Shown here in pieces: positions 28,196 to 44,089 of a DNA stretch of 64,000 nucleotides. The translations under genes were made by a program, and so were the position numbers. The DNA lies in NCBI GenBank assembly GCA_964016885.1, contig OZ024756.1, positions 36,456,001-36,520,000 of the forward strand, in the 5' to 3' direction. Below the pieces are notes generated by a model. It was given only the letters and a program-made list of their open reading frames with translations, was not told the origin of the DNA and ran no database searches. Numbering within the stretch: position 1 is the stretch's first letter; each line of letters starts with the position of its first letter. The stretch comes from Eledone cirrhosa. Its lineage: Eukaryota.

Positions 28196-28595
28196 TATGT
28201 ATGTATGCATGCATGTATGTATGTATGTATGTATGTATGTATGCATGTGTGTACGTATATATATGTATGTATGTGAAATCAGTTAAGCTGAAATAATGTA
28301 ATAATTTAAACAGTTAAAAATAGACCGAGGAAAGACCACACCATAGAACAATGGCTGCGGAAAACAATCGTTTGAAATAACAGCAACGTTGACAACAACA
28401 ACAACAGCAGCAACAACAACAGCAACAACAACAACAACAGCAACAACAACAGCAACAAGAAAATAAATGTATATTTTTGCAAATGTTCAATGGCATATAG
28501 AGGATTCTCCATGGGAGGATATTACTCACAGGTTTTATGCAATATCTGTATATTGATAGCACCCGCATAGATCGATAACACCAGCTGCACATATC

Positions 28596-28732
<137 letters not shown>

Positions 28733-29828
28733 ACACAAACACACACACGTAGACATACACACACACACACACACACATACACACATACATGTACACATAC
28801 ACACACACACACGTACACAAACACACACACGTAGACACACACACACATACACACATACATGTACACATACACACACACACACGTACACAAACACACACAC
28901 GTAGACACACACACACACACACACATACACACATACATGTACACATACACACACACACACGTACACAAACACACACACGTAGACACACACACACACATAC
29001 ACACATACATGTACACATACACGTACACACACACACATAGACGCATACACACATTTGTATATTTAATTGATTTTAGTGTTTTAGTTTTCAGGGTGATATG
29101 TGATATGTCTTTATCATGTTCAGAGCGTAGCATCCTTTAACCTGGAGAGTTACACAATACAAGGGAGATAACCATGCATATCGTTAGCACCTGCAGACAT
29201 CAAAACGCAAGTTCCCGTTACCCGGGTGTGAGAGTAATATATATATATTAGTTAAGTCGATATCATGCCGAGAAGTTAGCCTCTTTTAACTGGAGAGTTG
29301 CACGGGAGATGTCCATTCATATTGATAGCATCTGCACACATCGATAACAAACACACACACAGACACAAACACACATACACACACACAAACACACGCAGAC
29401 ACACACACACACACACACATACACACAAACACACACACACACACACATACATACATACACACACACACACACTCACACACACATACAAACTAACACACAA
29501 ACACAGACATACAAACTCACAGACATACAAACACAAACACACACACAAACAAACACACACAAAAACACACACATACACACACTCACACACACACACACAC
29601 AAACACACAAACACACACACACAGACACAAACACACACACACACACACACATGCACACAGAGCTGTGTAATGATTTGTATTTTAGTTTTCAAGGAATGCC
29701 TGTTAAGTATATCAATAAATCTATATGATCAGCGAATGAAAAACTGGGTCTCAAGTCATCGATATAGCTTTCAGTTTCACAATAAATCCTTTGTCATTCG
29801 CTCTCCATCATTCAGTAACTTATCATTA

Positions 29829-29903
<75 letters not shown>

Positions 29904-30335
29904 CTCTCTCTTTCTCTGTGCCTCTCTCTCTCTTCCTTCATCTCTTTCTCACTCTTTCTCTCACCCCTCTCTTTCTTTCTCTTTCTGTCAATTAGTCTTG
30001 CTTGTTTCTCCACATACATCTCGAGTCAACGAGGGAGCCCCTAAGTAATAGAAACAGCCAACAAATCTCCCTAAAAACACACCCTACTGCTTTAAAAAAT
30101 AAACGAAAAACCAGATATATTATGTCTGGTTTAAAAGCAGACTGCGATGGTTTACAGCTCCAACATCTTTGGTAATACCACACATTAGATAATGTAGTCC
30201 TAGGTACACTATGTCTGAATAAAGGATAAGATGGTGATAGCTGAAACATCCATTATCACAGATTTACTGAACCAGAGCTGCGGTTCAACTAAACAACAAC
30301 ACCAGAAAAGATAAACAAAGACCCAGAGGTAATTC

Positions 30336-30525
30336 CAGGCCTGCCAACCTCTAAAACCCAAACGGGGAGTACCATGAAAAAAAAGTACCCCCAAAAGGGG
30401 GAGAGATGAGGCAAAATGGGGAGATTTTACATAATGAAAGCTATACCCATTTTCACAAGACAAGACGTCACTCACCCACCCCAAAGTGGGGGGGGGGATC
30501 TCCCCGTCGGACAGTGAGAGTTCAC
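30336..30525. mobile_element. MITE, same family as 13066
   Basis: CAGGCCTGCCAAC start and shared internal sequence; other end degenerate. Confidence 0.7.
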
Positions 30526-30593
30526 GACTCTGGAAGACTTGAGGAGTTAATCTCACGAAATCAAGGATAAATTTACTCTTGAATAAACATGCT

Positions 30594-30820
30594 TTAGCCC
30601 TTTACCATTTACATAACTCTATATTTACTATTATATTTTCATGGTAAAGGCTTTACCTCACATAATTATCGCACATAATATCGAATCTATGAGATTTTGA
30701 TATTTATTTTGAGAACAATACCTTAACATCAGTATGAGCGGCCAGTTACAGCCGGTTTGAACAGAAAGAGGTGAGCGAATTCTGGCCGGATATGGCCGGT
30801 TAAAATGCTAAGGGGGTTAA
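30594..30820 (-). mobile_element. piggyBac-like (TTAA) MITE
   Basis: Ends ttagccctttaccattt ... aaatgctaagggggttaa; homologous to 60273 and 60832. Confidence 0.75.
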
Positions 30821-31036
30821 GAAAGAGATACTTATCTTTTTTTTTCTTTTTTTCTTTGAGGGCGAGGTGCAGATTCTGGGCAGGTATTTAGGCGGGAATA
30901 AGGTCAAAGTTAAGGCCAAACTAAACACATGGACACGAGTGTGGGTCAAGGTGACTCACACTTATATCGAATACGGGAGTTCGTGATTGTAAAGCGAACT
31001 TCAAAACCACTCGGCAATGTCCATACATTCTCGAAT

Positions 31037-31109
<73 letters not shown>

Positions 31110-31232
31110 GGAGGTGAGTTTTATTGTAGTACAATAAAGCAATGCAGATATCGGATAAGAAGCACTCTACAGTTTGTGGGACTGGAGTATGCATAATATA
31201 AGAAAACGCAATATTTGAAAACGCAAATATTA

Positions 31233-31270
31233 TTGTTTGATGATGTTTGTTTTTGAAATGCGCATAATAA
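31233..31270 (+). ncRNA. Degenerate hammerhead motif (second copy on minus strand at about 9180-9225)
   Basis: ttgt-TTGATGA-t...t-GAAA-t.gcgc.a-TA-ataa; stem II lost. Confidence 0.5.
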
Positions 31271-31304
31271 AATATATGGAACTCCTTTAACCATCTTTTG
31301 ATCT

Positions 31305-31351
<47 letters not shown>

Positions 31352-31432
31352 TATGTGCATGTGTATACATTTATAAATATAAATATATGTATATATGTAT
31401 ATACAAATAAACACATAAATATATATAATATA

Positions 31433-31469
<37 letters not shown>

Positions 31470-31481
31470 ATATATATATAA

Positions 31482-31573
<92 letters not shown>

Positions 31574-31776
31574 TTGTTAAATATGTCTCTGTGGACCTGA
31601 AAGAAATATCAGATGTTTTATGACAATATCTTCGATATTACAAGATGCAGAATGGCGGCCGACTACTTTGAAAAGGAGATGCACGCATAATTTATAACAG
31701 ATCCACCCGTCTGATTCATATCAGAACCTGTTGAAAAACAGGAGTCGATATATGACGCTATCACTTAAAAATTTAT

Positions 31777-31859
31777 ATACAGGGTGTCCCCCAAAAATAT
31801 ATACATACTTCAATAGTATTTTAATAAATATGAATACATTTTTTGGGTACACTCTGTAT
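31777..31859. mobile_element. Small Tc1/mariner-type MITE
   Basis: tacagggtgtcccccaaaaa ... tttttgggtacactctgta; single-end fragment at about 34577. Confidence 0.65.
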
Positions 31860-33767
31860 ATATGAAACAAAACAAAGTTAAGTAATGTAAACCGATGATT
31901 AATAGTGAGTGGTAGAGGAACAACGACATATAGTGATTCTAGTAAATTATTACATCTAGTGGCTCTTAGTAGTCACGCGGGGGGGGGGGGGGGGGCTGTG
32001 TGGTTAAGATGATCTTTCTTCATTCGTCAAGACCGGGTTTCGAATGGCTTTTCTTCATTGAGGAGGACCGGGGTCCCGTCCTACTGCGTGATTTTACATT
32101 CTTTTTCTTTCTTTTTTTCGGGTGGTTGAGTGTGGGCGGGTAGTATTTTAGTTAATGTCTAATCTAATATTAGCTAGAAGCGGTCTTTCCCCCCCCTCAC
32201 CCAAACTATCAGAGATGGTAAAGGTAATGGATAGATCCTCCCCCCCCCCTCCTCCCCCACCACGACCACCAATGAATTGACGTTTCTATACTCCTTTAAC
32301 TTTTTCTTTCCCTATAACTCGTCAGCTGGATTGGCTCTTCCGGCGCGTCTTCCTCATCATCCTCTGGGGGAACGCCTTCTCTGTTCCTCCCGCTGGGGCT
32401 GCGGGGCGGCCAGTCTGCCTGGGCCCTCATTTGCTCACAATAGTGAGAGATGATAAGAGCTGGAGAGACGGAGGCAGTGACAGTGGGTTTGTGGTTCTTT
32501 TGTGTCCAGACCTGGTGTGTGTATGTATATGGTTCACGTCTGTTCTTATAGCTTTAATATACATACTTATCAAATATAAGACTTTTCTTTTTCTCTTACG
32601 TTGGTGTCCCGCTCTTTGTCTATCTTACACACTTTCTCTCTCTATCTCTCTATCTCTTTATCTCTCTCTGTCTCCTCTCATTCAAATTGATTCATAGAGA
32701 CATTCCCTGGAGCAAACCGCCTGACGTCGCTTCCTGTCCAAACGTCACCATTATCCCTCCCCCTCTCTCTCTTTCTCTTCACAGCTCCATCACCTCCACC
32801 TCCACCACCACCTCCACCACCACCACCACCTCCTCCTCCTCCTCCTCTACTATCTACGACTGTTGTTCCACCTCCCTTCCTCCTTCTTCCCTTCACACAC
32901 ACGCACACACACACACGTACTTACACACACACGCACCATTCCCAGCCCTACCCTCCACTGTTAGTTCTTACTTTCCCTCTTTTCTATTTTACTTTTCTCT
33001 CTCTATCTCTCTCACCCTCCTGTGACCTCTTTTCTACCCTTTCTCTCTCTCTCTCACTCTCTCTCTTTCTTTCTCTCTCTACTCCCTTCTATCCTTTTTC
33101 CAACCCTTTCTCTCTCTCAAATCTTTACTTTCTATTTAATTATTCCTTCCCTCACCACTCTCTCTCTCCTCTCTTTCAATATCTCACCCTTTCTCTCGCA
33201 ATTCACATTACCTTCTTTCTAATCCCCCCCTCTCTTACTCCACAACCCCCTCTCCTCTCTCCTCTCTCCTCTCTCCTCTCTCCCCTCTCTTTCTCTCGGT
33301 TATACTCACCTGCACTAATTTTTCTTTCACGCTTTATCACTCTACTCTCTTGTGCCTACTCTCACTACTACCACCACCACCACCACTACCACTACTTACC
33401 ATCCCCACCACCATCACCACTAACACCACCACCACCTTTATCATCCCCACCATTACAACGACCTCCACCACTCCCACTCCTACCACCACCACCACCACCA
33501 CACTCCACAAGCACGACGACAACAACGACGACGACGACCCCACCACCACCACCACAACTACCACTCATCACCACCACTCCCGCCACTATTACCACGACCT
33601 CCACGACCACGAACACCACCACCACCACCACCACCTTACCACCACTCCCACCACCACCGCCACTCCCACCACCACCACCACCACCAGCACCACCACCAGC
33701 ACCACCACCACCATCACCACTACCACCATCACCACCACTCCCACCACTACCACCACCACTATCAGTC

Positions 33768-33897
33768 ATGGCTACAGCAGATATCACGGACAACAACAGG
33801 CTGTCCTCTCTGCTGACGACGACGACGACGACCACCTGTTGTTGTTACTACCATTACCTTTATAACGTTGGTCTTTGGACATCTGTCATACAAAACG
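33768..33897 (+). CDS. Candidate first coding exon of the same gene
   Basis: ATG in strong context (gtcATGG); 43 open codons MATADITDNNRLSSLL...WTSVIQN plus 1 nt; donor G|GTTAGT; phase 1 matches the 62933 acceptor. No transcript evidence. Confidence 0.4.
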
Positions 33898-33964
33898 GTT
33901 AGTAACACCTTTTATCATTCATTTATCGTCACATTCCACCTCTAACCCCCACCCAAACCCTTTC

Positions 33965-34250
33965 CTTTCATCGTTCCTTTCATCGTATTTTAATCGTATT
34001 TTCATCGTTTATTTTCTCGTTTATTTTCATCGTTATTTTAATCGTTTATTTTAATCGTTTATTTTAATCGTTTATTTTCATCGTTTATTTCATCGTTTAT
34101 TTCATCGTTTATTTTTATGCTTTGTTTCAATCGTTTATTTTCATCGTTTGTTTCATTGTTTACTTTCATCGTTTTTCATCGTATATTTTTATCGTTTATA
34201 TTCATCGTTTATTTTCATCGTTTATTTTCATCGTTAATTTCATCGTCACA
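33965..34250. repeat. ~12-bp degenerate repeat (tttcatcgttta)
   Basis: Directly visible. Confidence 0.85.
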
Positions 34251-34363
34251 CTTATTTCACCGACAGTTTTTAGACGAAACTAAAATATTATTTCACACTT
34301 TCATCGTTTTTTTTTTGCCATCGCATTTTAAAAAAAATTTCATTGCCTATTGTTTTATTTTAT

Positions 34364-34415
<52 letters not shown>

Positions 34416-34530
34416 GGGTGGTGGGGGTGTAATTGTTAGTTCATTAAATATATAGTCCGTGTGTGTATATATATATATATATATGTGTGTGGGGGTGGGT
34501 GGGGGTGTAATTGTCAGTTCATTATATATA

Positions 34531-34578
<48 letters not shown>

Positions 34579-34655
34579 TGGGTGTCCCAAAAATGTATAC
34601 ACTCTTTAATTACCTGTACAGGTAATAATTATTAGATTAGAGTGCAGAGCCTTTG

Positions 34656-34698
<43 letters not shown>

Positions 34699-34815
34699 CC
34701 ACCCCCACCCCCCACTCTCAAGCGTGAAACAAATAATAATAACATTTGTAATGCCTCTTCACGTCCACGTTTTTTTGTTTTTCTGGTTTTTGTTCTCGGT
34801 TTACTTAAAAAAAAA

Positions 34816-34850
<35 letters not shown>

Positions 34851-34906
34851 TATATATATACATATATATATATATATATGTATATGTATACATATATATA
34901 TATATA

Positions 34907-34987
<81 letters not shown>

Positions 34988-34988
34988 A

Positions 34989-35069
<81 letters not shown>

Positions 35070-35389
35070 ACATATATGTATATGTATATATATATAATAT
35101 ATATATATATATAAATATATTTATATTATATATATATAAATATATTTATTACATACATATATATATATATGTATATGTATGTGTATATACATATACATAT
35201 ATATATGAGTGTGTAGCTAGAAAAATATTTCCCAAACCCCTTTGCAGTACATATTGGCCCCTTTTATTTAAATGAACTTTCCTACGGGCCCTCGGGGCCA
35301 CAAGTTCTTCCTGTTCCCCGATTGTTATACAGCGATGGTGCCAATAATAGTCGAAAAAAGGATTGATGCTTATAATGTGAAGAATGGAC

Positions 35390-35440
<51 letters not shown>

Positions 35441-36933
35441 CGTTTTGTGTTGTTGATTTTCTTTTCTTATTTTGCTTTGCAAGAGTCTTAATGTGAAACC
35501 ATGTGTTTCAATAGACAATTTTGTACTTTGGGAGGGTCATACTGCCAACTAAAAACACACGCATTGATTGGAATTTTACTTCAGATTTATTAATCAATTA
35601 GATAACTAGGTAATTAGATAATCGAGTAATTGGTTTCTTAAAGTTATGTCGTCACAACCCGCGACCTTATCGAACGATTGTTATGTGCTCTCGTGCTATC
35701 TACTGTAAGCATTATGTCTAACTAGCAGAAAAACCACCCTTCAATTGGTTTTCTGCTAGCATGTGTAGTGTGCATATTGATATTATACGCAAGTATATAT
35801 GCATGTAGATATAAAATCGTAATTGACATTATACACAGAAATTGAACGAAGACTGTGTTACATTGTCTTATGTAATCAGTGACGTAATCCATGATACATT
35901 AAAAACAGACGATATTATGTATAAACTGCATTAGGAGAAAATTAGTGACGGAAATATATGAAAGTTTATTTAAGCGATCGCTAACCGGAAGTGTTGACAT
36001 TTGAACATTTTAAAGAAGTGAATCTTAAAATAACAAAATTATTTATATTTAATCAAGAATATAGAAATTTAGTAGATAAATTATGTAATATTCATTCATT
36101 ATTTATTCAAAGTAATGCACTGGATAATTGCTGGCCTTGTGCCTAAAGTAGAAACAATTATTTATTCAAAGTAATCCAATTTATTTTACAAATGGGATAA
36201 AAAATATAATCTGGACGCAGTTCCGCACTCCTTACTTTATTATAGTTTAGATTCTTTGAATATTTTGATGAATTCCTTTCTGACATCATCTATTTTATGA
36301 GTAATCCATTATGACTTTAAAGTCCTACCTCTCTGGAGCAAACTATTGCAGTGGTAGATAGTATAGATTGAGCTCAACACTGGACCAAATGTTTTAAAAT
36401 ATTTAGTTTCATCCATTTCCCAAGTCAAGATAGATAATTGTTGTATCATTTGACTTGATAAATGGATGGCACTAAATATTTGGCTTCCTTAAGACTATTT
36501 ACGATTAAGTAGAAAACAAATTTTGTTGTAAGAGCTGTAATGGATATAATCAACGCCGTATATTTCGAGTATTTATTACATTGACATTTGATGAAATGTC
36601 CAATCAGAAGCTTCAGTTATTCAAACCATCATTTTTATATTCAGTTCTATCTACTTTGTTTTATTCTGAATAAATAAATAAATGAATGAATGAATAAATA
36701 AATGAATGAATAAATAAGTAAATAAATAAAAATAAATGATTTTATATTTACTGGTCAGTCCACTTCACCCCAGTGACTGATGGCTACTTATATTATTAAT
36801 CCGAGAGCTGGTAAAAATATTAAGCCGACTATGAAAATTAATATTATTATTATTATTATTATTATTTTTATACACGTATACACATATGCACGCACACACA
36901 TATATACTTACTTATACATAAACACATATTTTG

Positions 36934-37067
<134 letters not shown>

Positions 37068-37085
37068 AATATATGTATATATATG

Positions 37086-37139
<54 letters not shown>

Positions 37140-37217
37140 AACCCGTAGAGCAAGTAGTAATAATAAATAAATATATATATATACATTCATACATGTATAC
37201 ATACATACAAACATACA

Positions 37218-37272
<55 letters not shown>

Positions 37273-37631
37273 GGGGTATTTGCAGTTTCCGTCTATCATT
37301 GGTTCCCTTGAGGCTATAGTACAAGACACTTGTCCAAGATTCCACGCTGTGGGAACGAACCCGAATCTACGTGGTTATCTAAGAAGCTAATTCCTTAATC
37401 ACACAGCCATGCATACCTCGATGTATTTTAACAAACGTACTCCATTACACGTTTCGTTTTGTTTTCTTATGTAATGAAACCAGACTTATGCCAGATCCAT
37501 GCCAAAGTCAAAAGCTGATATTGTTTTAAATTACAAAACCTCAACCACAAATAATCTCTTAACACACGTTTCTATTTTCAATTTGAGTAATCCACCTTGA
37601 AATGTTGGCGAATTGGCAGAGTCATTATAAT

Positions 37632-38000
37632 TGCTTCTACTTTTGGCACAAGACCAGCAATTATCCCAGTGTATTACTGGTACTTTATTTTATCGACCCC
37701 CTTAAGGATAAAAGACAAAGTTAACCTCGGCGGGATTTGAACGCAGACTGTAAAGGGACGTAACTATGCTAGAAAGCATGGCGTCCAGCGTCCGATACTG
37801 CCAATTCAGAATCATTATAATTGTTTCTACATTTGGCACAAGGCCAGCAATTACCCAGTGTATTACTGGTACTTTATTTTATCGACCCCCGTAAGGATAA
37901 AAGGCAAAGTTAACCTCGGTGGGATTTGAACTCAGACTGTAAAGGGACGTAACTATGCTGAAAAGCATGGCGTCCGACCCTCTACCGATACTGCCCAATC
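37632..38000 (-). mobile_element. Two tandem SINE family 1 copies
   Basis: About 188-bp direct repeat of the family motif. Confidence 0.8.
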
Positions 38001-38275
38001 CAGTTAGAGAGAATGCTTTGCAGTATTCGTTCCAGCTCCCACCGGGGACGATAAATAAAGTACCAGGCTAGTACAGGGGAAGAGAGAGAGCAAGAGAGCG
38101 AGAGCGAGAGAGAGAGAGAGAGGTAGAACACGGTAATATCCGTGGTGGTAGAGCACTCAGTCCATGGGACGAGTTTGGTGGCAGTAGTAACACAAAAGTT
38201 AGTTCACCATACTGAGAACAATTGTTTCACCTTATGCGGATCTTCAATGGTGACCTAACTGTTGTGTTACTACTT

Positions 38276-38317
<42 letters not shown>

Positions 38318-38567
38318 AGGAGGTTATAGTTCACTTGAAGCATTGTGTAATGAGGTATAAACGTTTGAATATGTGTAATAAAGCCAAAACAATGCAGGTA
38401 TGGACATAGAAAAAACTAGAGCTAAACAATATGTTAAATGTCCTTAATTTAAGGACATTTAAATAAATTCAAGGTAAAGGACGAATTCTCAACAATATCT
38501 TTTACTATTGCATTCTTTTTTCTATGTCCATACCTGCATTGTTTTGGCTTTATTACAATATTCAAAC

Positions 38568-38676
<109 letters not shown>

Positions 38677-39570
38677 TCTATTTATCTTTTTTAATATGTT
38701 AATTAATATAAATAAATATATATATATATTTCTTTATTTCTATATCCTGCCAGGAAATTAATTGCATTCTATCAATGGTGGATGTACACAGAAGTTACTC
38801 CAAGTCACCGTTAATGCTGATACGGTGGGCTCAGGGAGAAAGGTAAGCTTACCATTTGTATCATTGATACTATAATATATATATATATATAAATATAAAT
38901 TCAGCGAGAATCGTATTTCGGCTGGTAGAAAAAGCGAAACGAAACGCAAAATCGTAGAAATGGTGGCAAGCGCTCCAATAGTTAAGAAAACTAGAGCTAA
39001 ACAATATGTTAAAACACCATACAAACTGAAACAGTGGTCAAGAAGGCATTAACCACCTAAGCCAAAAAAACAAATCAAGCTAAACAGGTCAAACAAAATA
39101 AATGATAAAAACAGACCTGGACCCAAATGGAATTGAAGGTAAAATCCAAATGCAGGGTTTCTATGACACCTAAATCTGTCTGCTTAAAACTATAAGCTTT
39201 CATCATAAAGATTGAACAAGGAATATCACGTTATCAACAGGTATTTTGCTCTGTAACCAACTTTGTGAGTGACGCAGAACTTTGTAAAAGCACATGTGTA
39301 ACTCACAAGCACATGTGTAACTCATAATATAGAGAACGAAGAATCAGTGATGCATCGGAACACTATTTATTAACGTTTTACAATTATTTCAGCTCGAGGT
39401 GCGATATATTTGTGGATCGAAACAATTGTAATACGTTAATAACTTGTGTTCCGATGCATCACTGATTCTTTGTTTTCCATATTAATTCAAAATATTAACA
39501 AAATAGATATTCTATTTTGTTAATATTTTGTCGTTCTATAATATGTCAGGGTATGTCATGCATTATCCTA

Positions 39571-39625
39571 TTTTATCTGATGAGGACGTACTGTTAAACT
39601 TAACTCAGTACCTCTGAAATAAAAT
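39571..39625 (+). ncRNA. Hammerhead core with the cleavage site deleted (same family as 41828)
   Basis: CTGATGA-ggacgtactg...cagtacctct-GAAA followed directly by taaaa. Confidence 0.6.
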
Positions 39626-39666
39626 ATTATTGATCACAAGAATATCTATTTTGCTAATATTTTGAA

Positions 39667-39697
<31 letters not shown>

Positions 39698-40039
39698 GTG
39701 TAGGTAGTACGGTGAAATACTGGTGTTGGTACCAAATAAAGCACTCTATGCACAGGTAGAGTGTATATAATAGAAAAAAACGAGGAAATTTCGTTTTCAT
39801 ATCAGAAATATTTATTGTGTATCGACCTGTTACGCGCGTCCATAACTCCTATGGGTCACCTTGAGCCAATCCTTTATGAAACGCGCGTATCAGGTCGATA
39901 AGCAATAAATATGTTTTCCTTATGTAAACGAAACTTCCTCGCTTTTTCTATTATATCTATATATATATAATATATAATACATATATATATCTACTTATAT
40001 ATATATATATATATAATATATAAAATATATATATGTACC

Positions 40040-40070
<31 letters not shown>

Positions 40071-40087
40071 AAATATATATATGTACC

Positions 40088-40118
<31 letters not shown>

Positions 40119-40133
40119 AAATATATATATGTA

Positions 40134-40189
<56 letters not shown>

Positions 40190-40550
40190 TTACCTATATA
40201 TGTATATATATATATTTACCTATATATGTACATATATATAAATATATATATATATATATTTACCTATATATATATATATATATATTTACCTATATATATA
40301 TATATATGTTTCATTGCGTGATCGCCATCTTGAAATCGCTATCCTCAGTTATCAAACGTGAAAAATGTAACTCCTCCAGGGATTACTGATTATGTAACTA
40401 TCAAAGGACAATTCTACGATCGATCTACTGAAGTAAACATCTAGTTGAATCAACCACCAATGTATGCTGAAACAGTCCTCGTTATAGGTTATTCTAGCCC
40501 TGAACTAGAGAAACCGAAAACAATATCTCGTATACCTCTCTCTCTCTCTC

Positions 40551-40677
<127 letters not shown>

Positions 40678-40721
40678 AAGTTAAATAAAAGTCAAATGAT
40701 TAAAATTTAGCTTCGTTTATT

Positions 40722-40776
40722 ACTGCTATATATATTTCAGTGACAGCCATCTTTGGCTGTGACCTCTTCAGGCAGT
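40722..40776 (-). ncRNA. Minimal type I hammerhead motif, canonical core (same family as 11404)
   Basis: actgc-CTGAAGA-ggtcacagcca.aaga.tggctgtcact-GAAA-t.atat.a-TA-gcagt. Confidence 0.85.
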
Positions 40777-41017
40777 TTGAATTAGTATGGTATAGACAAG
40801 TACATATGTTGTTTAGGTGTATAATATTGTCAATACTCTGATATGCCCAGTGCCTTGTTGGGTTGTTAATTCACTGAGGAACTGGAGTCATTTAACTGGA
40901 GTTATTTAACTTTATTTTACACTACTCCGGAGTAACCAAACCAACCTGCGCACCTCGTCGAGTGCTCAGCCTGCATACTGAGGTGTTGGTATACAACCAA
41001 CATAAACTCAAAATCTC

Positions 41018-41051
<34 letters not shown>

Positions 41052-41124
41052 TATATATTTATATATAGAACTCATAACAGGAAGTTCATATGTAGATATG
41101 TCACTATCTGTAAACCAAATATTG

Positions 41125-41181
41125 TTTTATCTGACGATAGCGTACCAAATTACTGGTACCCTTGAAATATGTATAATAAAA
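41125..41181 (+). ncRNA. Minimal type I hammerhead motif, canonical core
   Basis: ttttat-CTGACGA-t.agcgtacca.aattac.tggtaccct.t-GAAA-t.atgt.a-TA-ataaaa. Confidence 0.8.
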
Positions 41182-41224
41182 TAATTATGGTTTTATAAAG
41201 ATAGTTTCCATTTATTAATATTAT

Positions 41225-41288
<64 letters not shown>

Positions 41289-41292
<4 letters not shown>

Positions 41293-41428
41293 CAGAAATA
41301 GCCGTCGAAACGGCATGAGCTCTGCCGTCGGGGTCATATTTGTTCCTATTACCCACTCTACTACACTAAGTATTGAGTACTTTGGTGCGATATGGTTCAT
41401 CTGGTTCCTAACCACAATTCTTTCGTTT

Positions 41429-41460
<32 letters not shown>

Positions 41461-41592
41461 GGAAAAGAAGTCAGGACCCCGACAGCTGAGCTCTGCCGTT
41501 TCGACAGCTAGATCCGAACTCTTTTCCTATTACCCACTCTACTACCCTAAGTATTGAGTACTCTGGTGTGTTATGGTCCATCTGGTATCTTG
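41289..41592. mobile_element. Two adjacent family A copies, the second with a 5' inversion
   Basis: Same motifs as 9312-9697; (TA)n spacer. Confidence 0.7.
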
Positions 41593-41644
41593 TCATTCTT
41601 TGTTTGCTTTTTCTTCGGAATTATCTAACACACACACACACAAT

Positions 41645-41676
<32 letters not shown>

Positions 41677-41702
41677 AATAAATATATATATATATATGCA
41701 TG

Positions 41703-41788
<86 letters not shown>

Positions 41789-41827
41789 TACAAATATTAA
41801 TAAAATAGATGTTCTTTTGATCAATTA

Positions 41828-41882
41828 CATTTTATTATACATATTTCGGATGTACAACAGTACGTCCTCATCAGACAAAATG
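41828..41882 (-). ncRNA. Minimal type I hammerhead motif, canonical core
   Basis: cattttgt-CTGATGA-ggacgtac.tgtt.gtacatcc-GAAA-t.atgt.a-TA-ataaaatg; 8-bp stem I. Confidence 0.85.
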
Positions 41883-41951
41883 ATACATGACATACCCTGA
41901 GATGTTAAATGGTTAAGATTTAATCAAGGTAGTATATGTATATATGTATGC

Positions 41952-42005
<54 letters not shown>

Positions 42006-42147
42006 CTCTACTCTCCTTACACATGGGCGAGACCACCATGTGGTGTTGCCTGTTTAGTCACCAATAGTCAGACCATGAAATAGAATGTACAGCTCTATTA
42101 GATTACGAGTAGTCAATCATATTATATTTCACCTCACATAATATATC

Positions 42148-42845
42148 AAATAGTCAGACTACACCTGGTCCTACATGTCTAAATAGTCAGACTACACCTG
42201 GTCCTACATGTCTAAATAGTCAGACTACACCTGGTCCTACATGTCTAAATAGTCATACTACACCTGGTCCTACATGTCTAAATAGTCTGACTACACCTGG
42301 TCCTACATGTCTAAATAGTCCGACTACACCTGGTCCTACATGTCTAAATAGTCGGACTACACCTAACCCTACATTTCTAAATTGTCGGACTACACCTAAT
42401 CCTACATGTCTAAATTGTCTTATTACACTTAACCCTACATGTCTAAATTATCAGACTACACCTAACCCATGTTCAAATTGCCACATTACACCTGACCCTA
42501 CATGTCTAAATGGTCATACTACACCTGGTCCTACATGTCTAAATAGTCATACTACACCTAACCCTACATGTCTAAATAGTCGGACTACACCTAACCCTAC
42601 ATGTTCAAATTGCCACATTACACCTGACCCTACATGTCTAAATAGTCATACTACACCTGGTCCTACATGTCTAAATTGTCATACTACACCTGCTTCTACA
42701 TGTCCAAATTGTAATACTATACCTGACTCCACATGTGATGATTACCCTACATGTAAACTGCTACACTACACTGGTGCTACATGTTCAAGTAACCATACTA
42801 AGTCTAACCCTACATGTCATAATTACCACACTACACCTGAACCTA
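42148..42845. repeat. 33-bp minisatellite, about 21 copies, decaying rightwards
   Basis: aaatagtcagactacacctggtcctacatgtct. Confidence 0.95.
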
Positions 42846-42893
42846 TATGTGTGTGTATACAATGTTAGTGTGTGATGTGTATGTGTGAGTGTG

Positions 42894-42925
<32 letters not shown>

Positions 42926-43339
42926 TGTGTGTGTTTGTGCATGTCTGTGTATGTGTGTATATATGTGTGTATATATGTATGTATATGTATGTGTGTGGCT
43001 ACAGTGATTAAGGACCGTTCTGCCATATATACATATATATGTATGTGTGTATATATGTATGTATATGTATGTGTGTGGCTACAGTGATTAAGGACCGTTC
43101 TGCCATATATACATATATATGTATGTGTGTATATATGTATGTATATGTATGTGTGTGGCTACAGTGATTAAGCAACGCTCTGCCATAGATAAACAGAGTG
43201 GGACGCTGTCAAAACATGACTGTCAAAAACCTAATTACTTCTACACCAATCAGTTGTTATGTGTATCACGTGACAACTGACCTCAGTTTCCTGTCTCAAG
43301 ACCATCGTATACTGAACCTTTTATTCGTTCTCCCATTTT

Positions 43340-43450
<111 letters not shown>

Positions 43451-43549
43451 AACAAGGGGAGAAGAATACTGCATGGTTGCACATGGATTACATATTATAA
43501 AATTAGTCCCTCATCAGTGATTTGCCAACCATCATTGGTATTTCATCGC

Positions 43550-43912
<363 letters not shown>

Positions 43913-43953
43913 CATAAAGAAAGATATCTATCTATCTATCTCTTGTTTCTCTG

Positions 43954-43995
<42 letters not shown>

Positions 43996-44089
43996 CTAAC
44001 CATTAGGCCTTACACATATACACACACACACATATATATGTATATATATATATATAAGTATATATATATATATATATCGACAGTCGATC

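Noticed and set aside
35870-36000. TGACGTAA and CCGGAAGT motifs as a promoter
   Set aside because: Short motifs alone, with no adjacent exon or other support.
38754-38842. 89-nt segment bounded by cag| and |gtaagc as an internal exon
   Set aside because: Contains a stop in the frame needed to join the two candidate coding exons; it could only be a UTR or cryptic exon, and there is no other support.
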